IMG/VR virus record: IMGVR_UViG_3300037851_000500
Span: 32,001-96,000 of that record
Reading direction: 5' to 3' (one strand)
DNA from: a virus
DNA: 64,000 nucleotides
Each line of letters begins with the position of its first letter. The first letter of the stretch is position 1. The notes under the pieces are model-generated. The model did no database searches and had not been told where the DNA came from. It saw only the letters and a program-made list of their open reading frames with translations. The position numbers were made by a program, and so were the translations under genes. This document shows positions 1 to 9,320 of the stretch, piece by piece.

Positions 1-406
1 GTAAATATCCTGTATAAAAAATCTCCCCATCTAAATGATCCAACATTTTTCTGTGAATCATAAAATGCGGAGCAATGTACATATTAATATTTGGGAAAAA
101 AGAAAGAGCAGAATAATCCTGAAATCCTACCAGCCCCCACTTCCCAGGAAATGAATTCATTACCCTCCAAGCAGATTTCAAAAATCCAAATAATGGTTCT
201 GTATCATCCCCAAGATATATCAATAAATCATAAGTTGATAGGCTCACTAATTTAGATAGTGTCTTTGGACATCCAACTAAATCCTTATCCTCAAGAGTTA
301 AAATTTCTATAAATTTATTTGAAATTCCAGAATTCTTGAGAATATTTTTAGTGAGCCTATCAACTTTATTCCTACGAACAACCGGGATTAATATAGAAAC
401 TTTCAT
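1..406 (-). CDS. Glycosyltransferase family 2 (GT-A fold), truncated by window edge
   Basis: Not in the ORF track. Translated by hand from ATG at 406: MKVSILIPVVRRNKVDRLTKNILKNSGISNKFIEILTLEDKDLVGCPKTLSKLVSLSTYDLLIYLGDDTEP. It shows the GT2 N-terminal VSILIP strand and a GDD (DxD-like) motif, and the frame is open to base 2. Confidence 0.8.
   Translation of the reverse strand, partial: MKVSILIPVVRRNKVDRLTKNILKNSGISNKFIEILTLEDKDLVGCPKTLSKLVSLSTYDLLIYLGDDTEPLFGFLKSAWRVMNSFPGKWGLVGFQDYSALSFFPNINMYIAPHFMIHRKMLDHLDGEIFYTGYL
232..366. repeat. Perfect 19-bp inverted repeat inside the GT2 gene, 97-bp spacer
   Basis: AAGTTGATAGGCTCACTAA at 232-250 and TTAGTGAGCCTATCAACTT at 348-366 are exact reverse complements. 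Confidence 0.95.
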
Positions 407-417
407 TATAAATCAAT

Positions 418-801
418 TTATTTTTCACTTGGTATTAAAACTTCAGTTTTACCGTCTAATCTTTTAATTTTAACAACATCACCATCTTCAAGGCGTTTAA
501 CAATATATGGAATCCTTTTCTCTATTACCTTTTCCTGAACTACAATTCTTTGTTTTCCAATGGCTTCTCGTAATCTATAATTTAATTGATTAACTGCACC
601 CACACCAAGATTAGTAGCTGTAGCTACTTTAGAAGAAACACCAATAGCTCCAATAACCATACCAGCAGCATTGAATAACCCAGAAATCCATTTTAACCAA
701 GGAATCCATTCTTCTACAGGGCAATCTGCAATTGCAGCACCAGCAATTTGCCCTAAAGCAAGTAAAACACCACCTAAAATAGTTTTCCATCCAAGGTTCA
801 T
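418..801 (-). CDS. Membrane protein with two TM segments, holin-like
   Basis: Two hydrophobic helices (GWKTILGGVLLALG; GLFNAAGMVIGAIG) and a charged C-tail, at the end of the late region. Confidence 0.55.
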   Translation of the reverse strand: MNLGWKTILGGVLLALGQIAGAAIADCPVEEWIPWLKWISGLFNAAGMVIGAIGVSSKVATATNLGVGAVNQLNYRLREAIGKQRIVVQEKVIEKRIPYIVKRLEDGDVVKIKRLDGKTEVLIPSEK

Positions 802-814
802 AAATCACCTCTTA

Positions 815-1291
815 TTATTTTTTAAGAATTAATGCTTTAACTGCACTGACCTTTTTAACAACATCTTTCTTCCCAATCAAACCAAACTCATATCCTAAAA
901 CATATCCTTCCGCTGCTGTATCCCAATAAATTACAGGAATTTTAGATAAAGAAACCAGTGTACCAGCTTCATCAAAAATAGCCCCCATACTCTGCAAAAT
1001 AAGCATTAAATTTCCTGCCAATAATGGATTCTCAATTTTAAATTTAGCAAAAGCCTCTGATAATTCTTGTGGAGACAAAGATCCCGTTCGAGCTAATTTA
1101 TAAGCATCAGCTATTGCAATATCATCTAAATCCGTTTTACTTTTTCCAATGTAATACCCGAAATCATATCCACCAACCCTAATAATGGAAAGAATAGCTG
1201 CTTCTTCAATAGGTTTGAGTCCAGCGCAGCCACCAATAAATAAAGACAGAAAAAAGGACATAATTGATATCAAAATAATGTGTTTTTTCAT
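815..1291 (-). CDS. Putative lipoprotein (possible lysis accessory)
   Basis: MKK, hydrophobic stretch, then lipobox-like FIGGC. Confidence 0.55.
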   Translation of the reverse strand: MKKHIILISIMSFFLSLFIGGCAGLKPIEEAAILSIIRVGGYDFGYYIGKSKTDLDDIAIADAYKLARTGSLSPQELSEAFAKFKIENPLLAGNLMLILQSMGAIFDEAGTLVSLSKIPVIYWDTAAEGYVLGYEFGLIGKKDVVKKVSAVKALILKK

Positions 1292-2115
1292 AATGCTGCC
1301 TCCATGCGTTTAATGATTTTAGTTATTTTTCCTTTTAAATACTCCCTTACAGATACTTTCTGAAAGGGTTTTGGGCAATAATAACTTATTCTTTTAAGAT
1401 TTTCAAGACCAATAATTCTATTATACCCCAATAAAGATCCAGCAAGATACAAAGGACCGGCATCAACACCAATAAAAAATCTACACTTACCTATTTCTTC
1501 TTTCATTACAGAGAGATCTGGCTGTTGATACCTCAATGTACTTTCTTTTGGTATAATAAAACATTCATCATTACCACAATCTTTATAATTAGATCTAAAA
1601 TCTGGCCGCATATGACATTCAAAAGGCTCATATCCTAAATTACTAATTTCCCCCCAAATAATCTCTGCGACTTTATTAGGACAAAACTTCTCATTTACCC
1701 CAGTATGACCAAAGAAATGAACACCAATTCTTTTAGATTTTTTATTAAAAAATTCATTATGTATTTTATATGGACTCCATGAAAATTCTTTCATTCCCAA
1801 TTCAGTATAGGCACAAATATATGGTTTAGACGGCTCAGTATGATATTCAAAAGGTGGTTTATAGTCCTGTGTATCAGGATAATATAATTTATAAATATAT
1901 GAATACCCTTTTGAATCTATTGTTTCATAAGAAATAATATCTGAACATAATTTATGGTATTGCCTTTTAGTAGGAGATGTTAATTGAACCTTATGACCGA
2001 CTTGTTTTTCAAATTCTTTGTGTACGGGTAAATAATGAATTAAATCCCCCAATCCATGATCAAAAACAAAAAGGTTTCTTCCAACAGAATTTTTAATTTT
2101 ATTAAATGGTTTCAT
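1288..2115 (-). CDS. GT9-like (ADP-heptose transferase family) glycosyltransferase
   Basis: N-terminal HGLGDLI and C-terminal FFIGVDAGPLYLA motifs match the GT9 patterns (GIGD; FIGxDSGPxHLA). Confidence 0.75.
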   Translation of the reverse strand: MKPFNKIKNSVGRNLFVFDHGLGDLIHYLPVHKEFEKQVGHKVQLTSPTKRQYHKLCSDIISYETIDSKGYSYIYKLYYPDTQDYKPPFEYHTEPSKPYICAYTELGMKEFSWSPYKIHNEFFNKKSKRIGVHFFGHTGVNEKFCPNKVAEIIWGEISNLGYEPFECHMRPDFRSNYKDCGNDECFIIPKESTLRYQQPDLSVMKEEIGKCRFFIGVDAGPLYLAGSLLGYNRIIGLENLKRISYYCPKPFQKVSVREYLKGKITKIIKRMEAAL

Positions 2116-2878
2116 TTAAATACCCCCTGACCCCAACAATTGTAGATACTTGGGAGTATAAAAATGGAACTTCCTCATATATTTCACCACTATAATTAAT
2201 AAACTTAAAACCAAAATTTTTAAAGTACACCCAATATCCCGCATAAACAATATCTTCAAAAATAGAAGTTAATTCACTATCATAATAAAATATATCATCG
2301 CCACGATAAAATTTATTTTCCTCTAAAAAACAAATTCTACCGGATGAATTAAAAAATAAATTATTTGGATTATTTAAACCAGAGTAAACAACTCTATTAT
2401 TTGTAAGTTCAATAACAGAATCAGAAGTTGTTCCATACCATCTCATTTGGTGTGTACAAACAGAAAAAAAATTAGGTGGGTGTTTATAGTGTATTTGATC
2501 CCCCCAAAAATCACCAGTAATCGGAGAGAAGGAAACATTATTTAATGATTGTGTACCCCTTGAACATAAATACAATTGTCCTGGGTAAATAGAAATAATA
2601 TCAGAAATGTTATAAGAAAGAGGAAGATTTAATAAAACAGTAGTACCAGTTATAAAATTAAATAGGAGCAAATAGCTATTATTTTCATAAATGCTATTCA
2701 CCCCTATGCACAGCCAATCCCCAGAATAGGCTATTCCACCACCATTATATAATTCATTATCGTTTAAATCATCAAATATTTCTAAAAATAAATTTTTTCC
2801 CGTATTAGTATCTATTAATGAAACAATTCTATTCTTCCTCAATCCATTTGCGTCGAACAGGGTAAACAGAAGACGCAT
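2102..2878 (-). CDS. Putative beta-propeller protein (DUF4915-like)
   Basis: Beta-strand-rich, with a SGLNNPNNLFFNSSGRICFLE blade-like motif; overlaps the GT9 start. Confidence 0.35.
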   Translation of the reverse strand: MRLLFTLFDANGLRKNRIVSLIDTNTGKNLFLEIFDDLNDNELYNGGGIAYSGDWLCIGVNSIYENNSYLLLFNFITGTTVLLNLPLSYNISDIISIYPGQLYLCSRGTQSLNNVSFSPITGDFWGDQIHYKHPPNFFSVCTHQMRWYGTTSDSVIELTNNRVVYSGLNNPNNLFFNSSGRICFLEENKFYRGDDIFYYDSELTSIFEDIVYAGYWVYFKNFGFKFINYSGEIYEEVPFLYSQVSTIVGVRGYLNETI

Positions 2879-2894
2879 AAAACCCCCTCTATTT

Positions 2895-3503
2895 TTATAT
2901 TAAAGCATTATTCAATTTTAATTCCTTTGCTATTTCCTTAGCAACGCTAATAGCTACTTTTTCAATTTCATCTAATTTATTATTGTTATGTACAGTTATA
3001 ACTTCCACCTTTTGAGCAACAGTGCTTAGTTTTTCATTAGTTTTATTTAAAGACTCATGTGTTTCTTTAATTGCATCAGCAAGATCATCAAATTTTTTAT
3101 GGTTTTCTGCCTGTTGCTCCGATCTTTTTTTATCTATTTCATTTAATACATCCACCATCCTATCCCCAACCTCATCTATTTTATTTCCAAGATGTTCTAT
3201 TAAAATATTATTTTGCCTTCCACAAAATTCTCTTACTTCTTGGCATCTCCCAATTGGTTGATAACGGGGATTACCGGATGGATCTAAATAACTTTTGAGC
3301 AAGTCATCTTTAGTAGCCATTTTATTTTGCTCCCTTTCTATTCCATCCACTATATCCGTTAACTTTTTCATATCAGATTCAAGTTTTGGAACTTTATATT
3401 TAGTAACAATTAAAACAGAAAGGGCAAAACCACCAATTATAATTGCTATTGGTAAAATTAATTTAAAACCCTCATATATAATATTATCTCCCATTATAAT
3501 CAT
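2895..3503 (-). CDS. Single-TM coiled-coil protein (holin/antiholin-like)
   Basis: N-terminal TM helix followed by long heptad-rich segments. Confidence 0.45.
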   Translation of the reverse strand: MIIMGDNIIYEGFKLILPIAIIIGGFALSVLIVTKYKVPKLESDMKKLTDIVDGIEREQNKMATKDDLLKSYLDPSGNPRYQPIGRCQEVREFCGRQNNILIEHLGNKIDEVGDRMVDVLNEIDKKRSEQQAENHKKFDDLADAIKETHESLNKTNEKLSTVAQKVEVITVHNNNKLDEIEKVAISVAKEIAKELKLNNALI

Positions 3504-3512
3504 TACTCCATA

Positions 3513-3830
3513 TTAGGTTATATTCCTAACAGGGACATAGAGTAAATAAATGTCATAGCTAGGATCATCTACAGTTTGTAATTTCATGGTGATAACATAA
3601 TTTTTTCCATTAGTACCACCACGAACATAGGGCATTATAAATGTGCCAGAAAAAGTACACTTAGCTTGGTCTAATAAAGTATAGGAAAAATCTGTATTGG
3701 TTACTAATTCAACAGCCGTAAAATCAACATTATAAATTGTCTCTCCATCAAGCCAAGGAGCAGCATCAATTTTAGCAAACCATTTTTCATATGGATCTTT
3801 TGGCCTGGAAAGATAAAATTTTTGGCTCAT
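3513..3830 (-). CDS. Small beta-sandwich virion protein, fibre-adaptor-like
   Basis: KDPYE..D..PWLDGETI...VRGGTNGKNYVIT pattern recalled from phage fibre-tail adaptor proteins. Confidence 0.55.
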   Translation of the reverse strand: MSQKFYLSRPKDPYEKWFAKIDAAPWLDGETIYNVDFTAVELVTNTDFSYTLLDQAKCTFSGTFIMPYVRGGTNGKNYVITMKLQTVDDPSYDIYLLYVPVRNIT

Positions 3831-4180
3831 AAGTTTATCTCCAATTCAGGAGGAGTAACTATTACTCTCCCACTGGAAAAAACCCAAACACGATATTTAT
3901 TAGTAACACAACAATTTATATATTCTCTAAGTTTAATACCGTCACTACCCTGTTTTAAAAACCCCCGGCCAAATCTGCGAATAAATCTATCCCCTAAAGT
4001 GAGATCAATTAAAATATCATGTTTAGGTAAAATATTTATTGTGGGTATAAAAGAAACGCGCACAATTTTTTCTAATGGTAGTGTTTTCCAGGTTTGCTCT
4101 TTTTTATTTCCATCATACTGTGCGCGAATTTCACCTTCACAAGTTTCCATTTCCCAAAAATAAATTAAATTTGGTTCCAT
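3827..4180 (-). CDS. Hypothetical protein in the fibre module
   Basis: ORF overlapping its downstream neighbour by 4 bp; co-oriented with the late operon. Confidence 0.6.
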   Translation of the reverse strand: MEPNLIYFWEMETCEGEIRAQYDGNKKEQTWKTLPLEKIVRVSFIPTINILPKHDILIDLTLGDRFIRRFGRGFLKQGSDGIKLREYINCCVTNKYRVWVFSSGRVIVTPPELEINL

Positions 4181-4208
4181 AAAATATCCTATCTAAATTT
4201 TTATTATG

Positions 4209-4240
4209 TGCTATACCCCCTTTATAAAGGGGGTATAGCA
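4209..4240. other. Perfect 32-bp palindrome (mRNA-stabilising hairpin, terminator or binding site)
   Basis: TGCTATACCCCCTTTATAAAGGGGGTATAGCA is its own reverse complement. It lies 30 nt downstream of the 4271-4762 gene and has no clear U-tract. Confidence 0.85.
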
Positions 4241-4270
4241 ATTCATATTAAAATCAACATAAGCAAAAGT

Positions 4271-4762
4271 CTAGGTTTCATCATACGCAAATGTAGCCGT
4301 TTCAGGAGTTAATTGCCCAGGAGAAGCAGTATTCTGAACAATCATTTGCATACGCAGAAAATCACCCTTGTACCCTGTTCCGGTATGGGGTCCAGTATTA
4401 ACTGCATCCAGGTCAATAACAGCCCCGGAAGTTTTACTAAAAAAGTCAGTTCCAGAAAGATCAGTATCCACATTTGCTGCCCAAGTACCAGTTACAGTGT
4501 ATTCAACACCAATACCAGTACCAAACCCGCTGCTTCCATCAGAATAGGCCCTCAGATTTTGAATATCAACAGATGGGGCCACACTAATATAAAACCGAAG
4601 CATTTTTGTATAACTATAATCTTCACCAGCACCAGGAATTTGTAAACGATTGTTGGTGTCAACAGCCGTTTCATCTACCGATTTAAATCTGACAGTCCCA
4701 GAAGTTTTGTCCACACCTGTACTTGTACCTGTCATTTCGTGAATTTGTACTGTAGCTGCCAT
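4271..4762 (-). CDS. Small beta-rich virion protein, candidate high-copy filament subunit
   Basis: G/T/S-rich beta-sandwich-like sequence with a strong AAGGAG RBS and a downstream hairpin; directly follows the repeat protein. Confidence 0.6.
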   Translation of the reverse strand: MAATVQIHEMTGTSTGVDKTSGTVRFKSVDETAVDTNNRLQIPGAGEDYSYTKMLRFYISVAPSVDIQNLRAYSDGSSGFGTGIGVEYTVTGTWAANVDTDLSGTDFFSKTSGAVIDLDAVNTGPHTGTGYKGDFLRMQMIVQNTASPGQLTPETATFAYDET

Positions 4763-4806
4763 AATTTTTTCTCCTTATAAAATAAGTAATTTTTCTGGAT
4801 TTAATT

Positions 4807-7800
4807 TCATGTAGTTGTAAAATTAAACTTTTTATTTGTCACAACAAATTGGGGTTTCTCATATGTTTTAAAATCAAATTTCTTATTGGTGACAATAAAT
4901 GAATATTTTGGATGTGCTGAAATTAAAGTGGAATAAATAATCACATCCATTAAAGTAGTTTTTGCTACATCACCAGAAAGAATTAATGCGTCCACCCCAA
5001 TCTGTCTGTAGATAGTTTCATAAAAAATACTATCAAGAGTAATTTCATTTAAAGTATAATTATACAACCACCCATCAAATCCAATAAGTTTTTGTTGAGA
5101 AATCTTCGTAAGGAGGGCATCCAGCACAACCCACGGAACAGGAGAACCAATAAGAATAGCGTCAAGTTGTTGGTTGATTACAAAAAGACTTTGTAATTGC
5201 GCTTCCAACAATGTTGTATTCATTATACCATGCTTTACCACCATAGCGTCAAGGGAAAAATTACCAATTATTGTTTTTAATAAAACAGAATCAAAAGTTA
5301 CCTGTCTTAAATTAATAATAGATAAAACTGCATCCAGGGATAAAGAAAAAGAATTTATAGTATATAAAATAGAATCTAAAGATATTTCTTTAAACATTAT
5401 TTTATCCAATAAAGCACCCAAACTAATGTTTAAAACACCTTCAGGTAAATATAAAATAGCATCTAATGATGTATATTTAGATAATAACTGCATTAAAAAA
5501 GCATCAACCGATATAGTTTTAGATTGTATTAATTTTAATAATGCATCTAAAGAAATACCTAAAATATTACCAATAGAATTTAAAAGAGAATCCAAATTTA
5601 ATGATTGTAAAATTAATTTATTAATATTAGCATCTAATTGTGTAATAACTACATTATTTATTCTTGAAATAAAAGAATCAATATCAACAGAACTATAATT
5701 TAAAAACTGAAGAAGACCATCCATTCCTACAGATTTTAAAAGGATATTAAAAATAACAGCATCTATTCCAACATAAGAAAATTCAGAAATACTTAAAATA
5801 GAATCTAAAGAAGCCTGTAATAAATTTAACTTTTGGGTATAAGCATCAATAGAAATATTTTCAAACCCCAAAGAAACCAAAAGAGCATCAACAGATAAAT
5901 TTATAGGAATGTCAATAATAGAAAGGAAAGCATCAATAGATGCTAATCTTGTTAATCCTAAAGCATTTAATAAAGAATCAAAAGAAAAAAGAATATCATT
6001 ACCGCTACCCAAAATAGCATCTAAATAACTTAAATTTGTAGCTCCTATTTTATTTAATAAAGAATCAATAGAAATTTGTTCCATACCTATCTTTTTTAAA
6101 TAAGCATCTAAACTTGGTTCAATAGCACCTATTTTGTACAAAAAAGCATTTAAAGACAGCGTTTTAAACATATTAGAATTTTGAATAAATCCATCTATTG
6201 ATACAACCTTAACAAATTCTTTAAAAACAATAGAATCAAATGATACTTCTTTAGAAAGCAACTTATAAAGAAAAGCATCTATATTTGCGCTTCTTAATTG
6301 ATCTATTTTATTCAACAAAGAATCAATAGTAACCTGTAAATCTATAGATTCGTAAACAATAGAATCCAAATTTGAAATAATATTTATATCCTGCTTATTC
6401 AATAAAGCATCAACTAATGGTGATACTATAAATAATTTTTTAATAAAAGCATCAATAGATGATGATTTAGTTAATCCAGTTTTATTTAATAATGAGTCAA
6501 TGCTTATATCTTCAGTTAAATTTAATTTATTTAATAAACTATCAATGTTTATATCTTTTGTTTCTAATAACTGAATAAAAGCATCAATAGATGATGATTT
6601 AGTTAATCCAGTTTTATTTAATAATGAGTCAATGCTTATATTTTTAGATTCTAATAACTGAATAAAAGCATCAATAGATGATGATTTAGTTAATCCAGTT
6701 TTATTTAATAAAGAATCAATAGATATTAATTTTGTAAATCCAATCTTATTCAATAAAGAATCAAAGCTCATGGAAATAAAGTTTTGTAAATAAACCAAGG
6801 CATCAATGGGAATTTCTTTTGTTGATCCTATTTTATTCAATAAACTATCAATGCTTATATTTTTAGATTCTAATAATTGAATAAAAGCGTCAATAGAAGA
6901 TGATTGTGTAAGTCCTACTTTATTTAATAATGAATCAATTGTTGAAGAAACAGTTGATACTAATAATAACCAAGCATCAAATTCACTTGTTTTTATAATA
7001 CCTGATTTATTTAACAAGGAGTCAATATTTACTGCTCTTTCTGTTAAATAAATTAATATAGCATCTAAACTTGAATCTATTGTAAATCCAATTTTATTTA
7101 ATAAAGAATCTATTTCTACAGAAGAAATATTTAATTTTCGTAATAAAGAATTCAGGGAAACATTTTTCAATAAACCAACATTTGTTAAAAATGAATCCAA
7201 TGATGCCGTTTTTGTTAATCCCATTTTATTTAATAGTGAATCAATAGTAACTGATCTTTCTATTCCCAATTTATTTAATAAAGAATCTAAATTTTGAACT
7301 TTAGTTATATTATCTTTGTTCAATAAAGAATCTAAATTGATAGATTTAAAAACTAAAGATAAAAGAAAAGAATCTAATTGTGTATTTTTAAACTGTTCTT
7401 TTAACAAAAGTGAATCCAATGAAGATTGAACAGATTCTATTGCATAAATAAAAGAATCTAATTGTGCTGATTTAGTTGTTTCCTTTAATAATAAAGCGTC
7501 TGATTGTACTTGTTTTAAAACCGCTAAAACTTTATAGGCATCTAATGATGTTATTTTAGTAATATCTACTTTATTTAATAATGAATCCAGTTGACTCTGT
7601 AATAAATTTATTTTTTGAAGTAAAGAATCAATATCAACAGATGAAATTAACCCTAACTTATTAACTAATGAATCAATATTTACATTTTTTAAAGTAGCTA
7701 ATTTTTGTACTAAAGAATCAATAGACAAAGAATTATAAATTCCTATTTTATTTAATAAAGAATCAATCGGAACATTTAAATATTTAGAAATTTGCAAAAA

Positions 7801-8535
7801 ACTATCAATAGATATACTTGCAGAAAGGGTTTTCTGAACATATGCATCATAATTAAAACCTTGGGTTAATGCTTTTTGAACAAGAGAATCTAAACTGACT
7901 GTTTTAGTCAGCCCGACTTTATTAATAAGTGCATCAACCGATAATGTTTTTGTTAACCCGGTTTTATTTAATAAAGAATCTATTGATGCTGTTTTAGTAA
8001 GATCTGCTTTGTTTAACAGAGAATCAATAGATGATGTTTTAGTTAGCCCAGTTTTATTAAGAAAAGCATCCAGTGATGCTGTTTCATCAAGACCTATTTT
8101 ATTTAATAAAGAATCAATTAATGCTGTTTTTGTTAGTCCAGATTTATTTAATAAAGAATCAATAGATGCTGTTCTATTAAGACCAACAATATTGAGATAA
8201 GCATCTAATGAAACATTTTCGTCATATGTCGTAATAGAATTCCGTAAAACAACATCCTGAATGAATAGTGCAATTTGTGAATCAAGAGATAAAGTCTTTG
8301 AATCTATTTTTTGTAGATAAGAATCTAAATCTGAAGTTTTAGTTTGATTTAATTTATTTAAAAGAGAATCTAAATCTAAAGTTTTTGAATCTATTTTTTG
8401 TAAATAAGCATCTAAATCCGAATCTATTGTAACAGAAAAATTTTCAACATCATTTGCATCTTCAAGAAGATAATAATCTCCATTCTCTAATAAGAGACTT
8501 CCACTTAAATCTTCTTTATAGATATAATTAGCCAT
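4807..8535 (-). CDS. 1242-aa tandem-repeat virion protein, about 80 repeats of 14-15 aa, consensus S-[IL]-D-[SA]-[LF]-L-x-K
   Basis: The repeat runs from about residue 35 to 1205. N-terminal LLLENGDYYLLE motif; C-terminal F[IV]VTNKKFxF present twice. Confidence 0.85.
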   Translation of the reverse strand: MANYIYKEDLSGSLLLENGDYYLLEDANDVENFSVTIDSDLDAYLQKIDSKTLDLDSLLNKLNQTKTSDLDSYLQKIDSKTLSLDSQIALFIQDVVLRNSITTYDENVSLDAYLNIVGLNRTASIDSLLNKSGLTKTALIDSLLNKIGLDETASLDAFLNKTGLTKTSSIDSLLNKADLTKTASIDSLLNKTGLTKTLSVDALINKVGLTKTVSLDSLVQKALTQGFNYDAYVQKTLSASISIDSFLQISKYLNVPIDSLLNKIGIYNSLSIDSLVQKLATLKNVNIDSLVNKLGLISSVDIDSLLQKINLLQSQLDSLLNKVDITKITSLDAYKVLAVLKQVQSDALLLKETTKSAQLDSFIYAIESVQSSLDSLLLKEQFKNTQLDSFLLSLVFKSINLDSLLNKDNITKVQNLDSLLNKLGIERSVTIDSLLNKMGLTKTASLDSFLTNVGLLKNVSLNSLLRKLNISSVEIDSLLNKIGFTIDSSLDAILIYLTERAVNIDSLLNKSGIIKTSEFDAWLLLVSTVSSTIDSLLNKVGLTQSSSIDAFIQLLESKNISIDSLLNKIGSTKEIPIDALVYLQNFISMSFDSLLNKIGFTKLISIDSLLNKTGLTKSSSIDAFIQLLESKNISIDSLLNKTGLTKSSSIDAFIQLLETKDINIDSLLNKLNLTEDISIDSLLNKTGLTKSSSIDAFIKKLFIVSPLVDALLNKQDINIISNLDSIVYESIDLQVTIDSLLNKIDQLRSANIDAFLYKLLSKEVSFDSIVFKEFVKVVSIDGFIQNSNMFKTLSLNAFLYKIGAIEPSLDAYLKKIGMEQISIDSLLNKIGATNLSYLDAILGSGNDILFSFDSLLNALGLTRLASIDAFLSIIDIPINLSVDALLVSLGFENISIDAYTQKLNLLQASLDSILSISEFSYVGIDAVIFNILLKSVGMDGLLQFLNYSSVDIDSFISRINNVVITQLDANINKLILQSLNLDSLLNSIGNILGISLDALLKLIQSKTISVDAFLMQLLSKYTSLDAILYLPEGVLNISLGALLDKIMFKEISLDSILYTINSFSLSLDAVLSIINLRQVTFDSVLLKTIIGNFSLDAMVVKHGIMNTTLLEAQLQSLFVINQQLDAILIGSPVPWVVLDALLTKISQQKLIGFDGWLYNYTLNEITLDSIFYETIYRQIGVDALILSGDVAKTTLMDVIIYSTLISAHPKYSFIVTNKKFDFKTYEKPQFVVTNKKFNFTTT
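6442..6711. repeat. Recent DNA-level duplications inside the repeat gene
   Basis: AATAAAAGCATCAATAGATGATGATTTAGTTAATCCAGTTTTATTTAATAA recurs at 6442, 6574 and 6661. Offsets are 132 and 87 bp, i.e. whole numbers of 14/15-aa units. Confidence 0.85.
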
Positions 8536-8538
8536 TAG

Positions 8539-9312
8539 TTATCCCAAAAATTCAATCATATAAATTATTCCAATAGTACCATTTGCGCCGTTTCGGTTTG
8601 TCGTAGATGATGCATGACCACCGCCGCCGCCAGCGCCATAACCTGTTCCAACTGTTCCAGCAGTATTCAACGCTGGTTGCAATCCATTTTTACCAAGCAA
8701 CGAACAGCCTCCCGCCCCTCCCCATCCGGTAGTTCCACTATAAATTACCCCCGCTTCTCCGGGAGATCCTTTTATATTTAGATCGCCAAGAGTGCCTATT
8801 CCGCCAGATCCACCAACAACCCTATCACCAACCGCTACATAAGCAGTACCATCCGTACCTGCACCACCACCAGTTGCTTTCAAGATTTCAGACCCAATGG
8901 CACCTATATATGAATCCCCACCAGCGGTAGCATTTGCTCCTGTGCTGCCAGAACCAGCGCCACCAATAGTAAATGCTTTGCTTGATCCAATATTAGCAGC
9001 AGTAAATAATTTAATTGCCGCACCACCACCGCCCCCTCCACTGCCGGCTGAATCGGTATTAATTCCGCCACCACCACCACCCCCACCGGCAACAAGTATT
9101 GCAAGACATTTTTTCATACCTGTTGTTGGAGTATAAGTACCACTTGCAGTTAGAACTTGAACAACTACATTTGAAACAAAAAGTGTAAGTAAATTAGCAA
9201 TAGTTATTTTTTGCGACACCGCACTTCCACCAGGATTATCTATAATAGGCAAAATATCCGTAACCAACGGAGCTTCATTTAATGGTAATCTGGTAATTCT
9301 GCTTCCAGGCAT
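8539..9312 (-). CDS. Glycine-rich fibre-tip/adhesin protein, paralogue A
   Basis: N-terminal SRITRLP..TDILPIIDNPGG domain plus a Gly-rich (GGGGGG) domain typical of phage fibre proteins. Confidence 0.75.
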   Translation of the reverse strand: MPGSRITRLPLNEAPLVTDILPIIDNPGGSAVSQKITIANLLTLFVSNVVVQVLTASGTYTPTTGMKKCLAILVAGGGGGGGGINTDSAGSGGGGGGAAIKLFTAANIGSSKAFTIGGAGSGSTGANATAGGDSYIGAIGSEILKATGGGAGTDGTAYVAVGDRVVGGSGGIGTLGDLNIKGSPGEAGVIYSGTTGWGGAGGCSLLGKNGLQPALNTAGTVGTGYGAGGGGGHASSTTNRNGANGTIGIIYMIEFLG

Positions 9313-9320
9313 TTTTTCAC

